The notes under the pieces are model-generated. The model was not told where the DNA came from. It did no database searches and worked only from the letters and a program-made list of their open reading frames with translations. This document shows, piece by piece, positions 62,501-64,000 of a stretch of DNA of 64,000 nt (the first letter of the stretch is position 1; every line of letters begins with the position of its first letter). The position numbers were made by a program, and so were the translations under genes. This DNA comes from Candidatus Marinacidobacterales bacterium (lineage in GTDB: Bacteria > Acidobacteriota > Vicinamibacteria > Marinacidobacterales > DATDRI01), in assembly GCA_965226495.1 (NCBI GenBank), contig OZ245365.1:3072001-3136000 (forward strand), read 5' to 3'.

Positions 62501-64000
62501 TCGACTTCGACCAGGAGCGTGTCGCCCGCCGTGATCGAGTCCTGAGAAAGCGTCAGCGAGGAGGCGATGAGCTCAACCTCGATGGTGTCCTCCAGGTCGA
62601 CGAGCGTCACCGAGGCGACGTTGTTCGATTCATCTCGTTCCGCGACGGCCTCTTCGCCATCGACGAGCACGAAGAAAGTCTTTGTCCCCGAGCCGGTGAT
62701 GGAAAACCCGAAAGAGACTCCCGTTTCGGTATCACCCGAGAAACTCACTCGCGACTCATCGAGCTTCAACCCTCCGGAGGTGGGATTCCCCTGGAAGAGC
62801 TCGACCAGGACGTTGTCCACGGGCGTCGAGCCGGTGTTTCTTATGCGCGCGGAAAGCGTCACGTCCTGCGGCAGCCCTTCGAGTCTCGGAGGCACCAATG
62901 TCAGGTCGGCGGCGGTGAGCTCGAAGTCAGGTTCCACCGGCGGGGCGACGCGGACTTCGACCCGGCGCGACAAGCGGTTGTCCGTTTCGACCCGCTCCCG
63001 CACGTCGTCGAGTGCATCCACCACCACGAAGAGATCATGAACCCCTAAGGCTCCAGTCGTATCCCAACGTCCCTCGACGTCGGCCAAGCCACCCGGCGCG
63101 ATGTCCTCGGTCACCACGACCTCGTCGAGCACCAGACCGAGCTCGGGAGCTCCGTCATGGAACTTCACGATGAAGGCAGACGTCGCGACCTCGCTCCCCG
63201 CATTGGCGACGCGGGCGGTCAGCGTGACCTCGCTACCCTCAATGGGTCGATCGGGAGAAACGAGAAGCGATTCGGCCACCAGGTTGGGAAGGGGTGGAAG
63301 GACATCGACCACGCGACTCGCGACGTTGTCCGTTTTGGAGACCTCGACCAAGGCGCTGGCCAGATCCGCCACGGCGAATAGAGTATGCAGGCCATCGAGG
63401 CCGGAAGTGTCCCACGAGAACTGGGCCGTCGTAGACGCGCCTGCCAGAAGTCCTGAGACGTCGACCGGGTCGCCAATCGCTTGTCCGCCTGCTTCGGGAT
63501 CGCCGTCGAAGAGATGGATCGAGAAGGATCCGGCGGCGACACGAGAGCGGTTCCGGACAGTGACCTGCACCGTCACCAGCTCACCCACCTCGGGCGGATC
63601 CGGAGTCAGCGTGATATCGGATCCATCCACCGCAAGATTGGGGACACTTGCAGGGACAAGGGCCGCTAGGACCGACGCGGTTTGAAAGCTGCTTCCAGTC
63701 CAGCTTCCGTTGCTTTCTTGTGTCTGGCGCAAGTAGTCGAGCGCCAGATCGATGACCGGGATCGGGCCACCGCCATCTAACAGCGTCTCGACGGCTCGGG
63801 CAGTGGCGTACGGTGTCGAAGGTCCATCACCGAAACCGCCGTCGGGCTGCTGACGGCCGACCAGCCAAGAAAGCGTGAGCTGCACCGCGGCGATGATATC
63901 GAGATCGACGAACTCTCCCTTCACCGACTGGAGAGCCTCGATGACCTGGCAGGTCGTCACGAGATCGCCGTCTTGTCCCGCGATCGCACTCCAACTCCCC
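47521..64000 (-). CDS. Giant (>5490 aa) extracellular multi-domain protein; 5' end lies beyond the window
   Basis: Frame open to 64000. Q..DG(G/S)(W/F) alpha/alpha-toroid repeats, about 7 CARDB domains (E..E.NN), 4 SPN.DG..D/FlgD-Ig units, two WSPDG beta-propellers, Ig/Fn3 domains, a discoidin-like domain, 7 tandem Fn3-like repeats and a lectin-like C-terminus; stop overlaps the Rhs start. Confidence 0.88.
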   Translation of the reverse strand, partial: GSWSAIAGQDGDLVTTCQVIEALQSVKGEFVDLDIIAAVQLTLSWLVGRQQPDGGFGDGPSTPYATARAVETLLDGGGPIPVIDLALDYLRQTQESNGSWTGSSFQTASVLAALVPASVPNLAVDGSDITLTPDPPEVGELVTVQVTVRNRSRVAAGSFSIHLFDGDPEAGGQAIGDPVDVSGLLAGASTTAQFSWDTSGLDGLHTLFAVADLASALVEVSKTDNVASRVVDVLPPLPNLVAESLLVSPDRPIEGSEVTLTARVANAGSEVATSAFIVKFHDGAPELGLVLDEVVVTEDIAPGGLADVEGRWDTTGALGVHDLFVVVDALDDVRERVETDNRLSRRVEVRVAPPVEPDFELTAADLTLVPPRLEGLPQDVTLSARIRNTGSTPVDNVLVELFQGNPTSGGLKLDESRVSFSGDTETGVSFGFSITGSGTKTFFVLVDGEEAVAERDESNNVASVTLVDLEDTIEVELIASSLTLSQDSITAGDTLLVEVDAANRGTRSLAAVTVALFFEDENPEDLVLASNVSLSLAAGETRRAQLSWAANRVGTIPLLVRADPFDVLAELDETNNEALATVDVVTSDQPNLTVQSTDIAIAPDPLLEGQPASLTATIRNVGTVNASAFTFGFFAGDPEDGGLPIGQVEVPILAADEEVAVDFDWDDVTIRGQQLLFAVADVGGVIGEFDEGDNAAFKSIKVIGLPDLFSSSAQIRLDPPFARSGEVIAVEASLTNVGEQDADAFTVEIRLDDAQAGPVLGSQSVSGLAPGESFSFSVDWDTAGVEGEHELLLVLDVADLVREQSEGNNVIRFPLALQDADVFVTPIYFSPNGDGVQDEAAFFFDVIDVVDVGGQGPFSVEVVDSQSAVVQGLGDDASASDSVIWDGRDAEGRIARDGIYFFVLSSAGGEILRRRVVLDTNRSSIVEALGTPFASFVNLTCPLPGSNRLSEPAWLPDDSAAYFIVAAEDSQVPEFPLGLYRVSADGTEIEAVKTGSEFRFASFEGRRADGFVQPVSPAGRRALISVGSTAQVVDLSTGELTPLGTGSANARWSPDGQRILRAGFDGLSLYTPEGEFVVQLTDEEAVFFAEWSPDGRRIVYNIEGETFVRIMDADGSNNRELPETDRVLLTGTFGVDVELDFLSFSGDSQRIYVDWDADEAGTGDVFFEFNLVTGELRRNPDIGDRRDSEYNWTFDGRSFVRRLDGREARPILASGSNLRWSPRSTQITFEAFEGTSPAECNERDIWSISSLLNGAASLRLARLPSGFGVRVRGSAADLNLANYTLEFAPLSAPDAFTPIQPPSIFPVADDVLTTWLPPAPGDYLVRLTVRDLAGNETVRLERIFWEETLPIADLTRSPEYISPNGDGIQDETVFNYTVLEPVNLEFLVRNEQGVLVRTILRDEASIGPASFAFDGTDDSGARLPDGMYTVELRGAEFRVVIDATPPDVEAVYTNLYTGKEGLAVDLVGHILDPNLHEWSLQDVGGNVMAASLREVGREEGRDVIIIEALAPQQGLELEASDFAGNVTFVPLSGPDREVRVIQQEAEVVGPLKPGPPDTPRQLVIPPGDHVFWRAEASFDAGSILFRFRRVGDPSFTERATEAGDFSLDANELELGQPYEGHFVADGIQSEDVSFVVGPDAIFVFATLQDPTTLVVSAFSTVEEELVKATLIVRVNGIGGPFKVYEPFPGDVTELVPVDLACGGTASASVVATGASGKEYLSTTTTAYPDAALASDKLEACVDIRALDSLIQQQVSCDSALPVDALIDVRALSFPSTATNVSLVAQSDTLPSQEVARQSLPGLQGAFSIGVSWNLTGLAEGSYTVEPVVNDTFRGSSLEFYLDNSRPEAIFESPPEGGNACVRVIDDEEFIEIEVVGRDREVEFLSVERLVSADPDNWQRVERVEFSAPVSEARQTVLVPIPIAFEGELTLRLVVESPRLQEEVAEKPVRNSPSRLNNGSILGCAVRRVLVSRTESLGPLASDPASPSSVLPPAFSPNADAVLDELRIQTEVFEPVAVDARVVTSETQVLVRQLLTDANVAPGTLELLWDGTDDATEVVADGRYTVIVDALSGCGALTTRTLDVDVDTSPPTVRIDSPADGQPVTTLVEIRGTAADERFVQYVLEFGEGASPAEFFPIGEPSEKPVEDDALGLWEAGVLVGEHTVRLTAADRAGNVASTEVTVDVQTPDLIERFSVAPVLFSPDADGVKDTAEFRFTLKADSRVTLEIRKTDSTVLTTLIVDELRPTGDHVFEWDGQTPGGLAEDGDYVAVLIAVDAQFPTLTEEATLPVVVDVTDPVVTLTSSSPGAFVSVPHNLTGTILEEHFEGYRVELGPEPGELAVIEDAVLPPAIVLARFDEASDGLHRLRIKASDRAGNTTEVSFTFTVDSTSPQVSINAPEAGAFLKKEDSISVSSTVAETNLDTFLLEFGLGAPPEVFVPLAGGSELEQRDFLTDWEVSEFPDGLYTLRLSAIDLAGNRSETSRVVTLDGTPPVLAIDVPAEGTFVSEIQPVLGTATDDHLEIWTLAVAPGGEAQAFQFTELSRATIPVESAQLHEGFTLQDGTYTLRLLASDIAGNKSTLLRTIEVDTDPPAAPINLTATVENQDDVRLDWQAPPDPDIEGYLVFRKEELLTAEPISATELRDLDLPDGFFVYTVRAVDRAGLQSDPSNPAEAVIDITPPHVVLQQPENESSVRGLVDIVGTAFSADDFEEYRLTVTPAETPLDATLLASSSVPVNFATLLQWNTILLDGSFTVRLEAEDEVGNLASDEVLVTIDNQTPGTPTLLSVEALAPPDDVEVVWEALAEPVAGYLVFRNGSIANAPGSVAGDLGAFLIDGTSYVDPDMPDGEFCYRVAAMDEAGNLGPDSNEVCIVLDNRPPSALIFDPQDGARFDQPRQVRAITEDEDVATVLFQYQLQINDDPPTDQWMNIETDSEAPFEVLWDITSLDFGSYFLRAVATDFGSRSDDAPATIRVTLGDATPPAAPENLVTRVTGDDVALTWDPVSDPNLEAYQLYRDDTLVAAIDASLTTADDLDLGDGLYGYEVTALDADGNESDRSDSETARVYAPLPILPFPIFIDTVDVAGENAEPDSLVRLNSVGSPDVIAETTADGEGAFSFGGLSLPLGENLVEVRATDPEGNESRASESFQLIHHRPPDPPAALSGEAQETTATLNWTPNIETDISGYLIDRDGEPVTPTGSIRPDGDIPTTLTATADSNASIAGRIIDGSPFSLWLSSFQNPFVSAAVEIGLVPERHLNKIAVNWTQSPRDYRILAEISGQMLVVADARANTQLESTHSFPLAFKTPRIRIEITALQSEAGRAVIGEVELTGLEPISDTAFTDTLPRPGTYNYTVSALDIFGGASIPSGPIELVVAGTAPPSVPQNLMVIPVPEGEALDLTWDASTGPVAGYVVLRALTSGGPYQEIARVPETAFHDEGLQNGTEYFYVVRSFNDFGNESLDPDEASGIPQDVAPPAPPLLLHPATPERPATVFSGLADIVGAAEPGSLVTVKHDGEDVGSVVAELETTEQRTIAMDAINGFTLSPTEPFLAIDLFDKLELHHLGSGEVQTLPGGNGLSAPAFSPDGESLALTQFNTESSQTELRVIDLATGAVEVVDAGGDAFGPIWISGTEIAVRVGNEIRVVDRTTGTLSTLYTSPAQFVLPSVFRLSPDASLLAFAESVRTLRYVPVTGGDAVTISTALDFVIDYAWTSDNNVVYFDDESLFLFNTTSETGAPFFDLGRTPRPALALSPEGRVSFLTSEGDDYSLFLRDVDGAIHDVGLVESRGFLSTSRWTNDLRLVVSWSATPDVLFIHTPPGRFELLGVSLNVGENAFTGTARDAFGNLSDESAPALVTFDRSRLPDLTPEGDILVVPGVPTTGQSASLSVNVRNDGATEVESALVQATGRDLAENVYLIGNATTPAIEPGESVAVHIGWDTTDRLGSQEVTIAVDPLQAIEELDEQNNAVATEVTVVGTAGVELTIATGLPSYGVGQDVQVTVQAINGGPDQNVMLETLIEDAGGQPVAGVDVRSTFLSYADTESYSVFWNTGTTLAGDYRARVNALEGDRLLATVATDFSLIRSFFLETGVTTGRPSYREGEAVDLLGTVTNTVSNVAFENVTARFRVLDGASAVLFEESQTLPQLAREVPVSLSTMWTDSTLAPGVYTIGLDVFEGAELLGAATSTVEIVAVDGALLTGSLELDESAVPLGAESLARWAVDNSSPVDLLGGVIRFELLDPATGDRTLADELTADIAAGDELSGEIALSTVGLPLGAHEVLLSAGLPGSLEPLASDSLTLFAIPSPPSLNAPGEGESAPQPLELSVNNASNPNGEALTYTFEIYLDPALQVRVAAASGIPEGTNTTMWPVPITLAENQTYHWRARAEDRFTMSDFMSPASFFIDSLNEAPGAPGLSAPAEGSEVSELQPNLEITNAVDPEDDILTYTFEIYTDVDLTELVTSIDSVTSGGSGTGTTFVQVPQPLDEDQTYFWRSRANDGELDGEWMTRASFRINTGNQAPTAPTPLSPIGTSPTVSPDLVIGPSNDPEGDPLTYTFEIDTTDRFDSPAVRRAEGVFPSGPSGPSGPDVDPDLDKVRWPVPEALAENVVYFWRARATDGLAVGDWSDIVSFRVDEANQGPSSPTPQSPTDGVIVETVTPPLAAMNSTDPEDDTLTYDFEVYSDEALTERVAVVDRIREGEDQTRWAVSPQLENGRSYFWRCRANDDETASDWSLAEPFRVNTMNETPTAPSIDSPPDGGRVADPQPILTVVNATDPNGDPLTYRFELYRDELLADLVVASPEIVEEPDKTSWQIPVPLDENVVYYWRARANDGVFDGPFTPTASFRVSAINENPASPTSVSPADGAEVNIAAPVLEVENAGDPDGDVLRYIFQIFSDVDRNSLVIESPEIDEGDPRTTWQVTEDLNENGVFYWHAIATDGLLQSDPSDLFRFRINAVRDEPTAPRPIAPANESEVASTAVRLEVENATSPDLLALHYHFQIATDPAFQDLIAQDENVENVTEGDDTTGWDVPVELTPDVTYYWRARAIDELGLPGPWSDTFQFTVVLIGGVCPPEWREDFEGFLLGSTPADWWLRIDKDKDDDSSSDDSSSDDSSSDDDSSDADSSDDDSSDNGHRREGVLFAVDRGAESQVLQSRRPGEGALLFVGSGEALTWQNYAFGGDLTLAHLGNLGGTDKKKKSCFGAGVAFYADPEAQTEYRFEITGCNNPRARLVKFKKGKASTLTSTSVERPDMPDMPDMDGQFFEFEIETVHQSGETSIRAHLRLVDAERTVLNEWWLDAVDSHHPFVGGTIGAFVDHSRAAWDNFHVGELSGHDSGISGDENGDGVCDVEETCPDVSQFCLDDGFHKKTGLSKWIVARHGHVGHSGPGACGAKHSYWVKKNDGVLVVQTPFLEAGMYEFQLLLQRGTNGSNQPNLRVVFENGQEFDFADPVNGQGPFEWTVPVRVVLDAGVRSFGIVSIGNPKVHVEGFRLQQVCE
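48619..48726 (-). repeat. Ser/Asp low-complexity tract built from 15-bp tandem repeats
   Basis: GTC(A/G)TCGGAACTGCT x3 at 48661-48705, within DKDKDDDSSSDDSSSDDSSSDDDSSDADSSDDDSSD. Confidence 0.85.
48815..51110 (-). repeat. Seven tandem ~105-aa Fn3-like repeats within the giant protein
   Basis: Consensus P..P...SP..G......P.L...N..DP.GD.LTY.FE...D......EG...T.W.V...L.EN..Y.WR.RA.DG. Confidence 0.85.

Noticed and set aside
38129-63685. Numerous plus-strand and alternate-frame ORFs within the two giant genes
   Set aside because: Shadow ORFs expected from high-GC codon bias; none shows recognisable motifs
1-64000. tRNA, rRNA, integrase or transposase genes
   Set aside because: None recognised by eye; a tRNAscan/Rfam run would be needed to exclude small RNAs

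Overview
GC-rich bacterial DNA. An Oar-type TonB-dependent receptor plus a GWxTD protein suggest an Acidobacteriota-like diderm (inference only). Three blocks. (1) 1-26.6 kb is a catabolic/uptake island: MFS, two amidohydrolases, TBDR, alpha/beta hydrolase, SnoaL-like protein, hydantoinase/oxoprolinase B+A, NCS1 permease, three RNase Z-like metallo-beta-lactamase-fold paralogues, SDR, two fused [2Fe-2S]/Mo xanthine-oxidase-family subunits with an unusual CRCP active-site loop, and one FAD subunit. An XRE + nucleotidyltransferase (type IV TA/AbiE-like) pair is inserted in it. (2) 26.6-33.7 kb holds a GWxTD-TPR protein, a reductive-dehalogenase/QueG-like Fe-S protein, a selenocysteine peroxiredoxin that the ORF track truncates, a head-to-head junction of two 5'-truncated genes (SSS symporter, aldehyde dehydrogenase), an XRE gene and a RelE/ParE TA pair. 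(3) 33.7-64 kb is the most striking part: a >5,490-aa multi-domain surface protein translationally coupled to a 3,596-aa signal-peptide-bearing protein (Cys-less transglutaminase-like domain, Ig-like stalk, very long Rhs cage, PD-(D/E)xK-type tip), then a YwqK/MORN-type immunity gene. Beyond it lies a 2.7-kb array of nested inverted repeats, a four-copy conserved motif and dif-like dyads around an orphan cargo gene. Several single-base indels and a garbled duplication suggest imperfect long-read consensus, so the pseudogene calls are tentative. All assignments come from motif recognition by eye; no searches were run.
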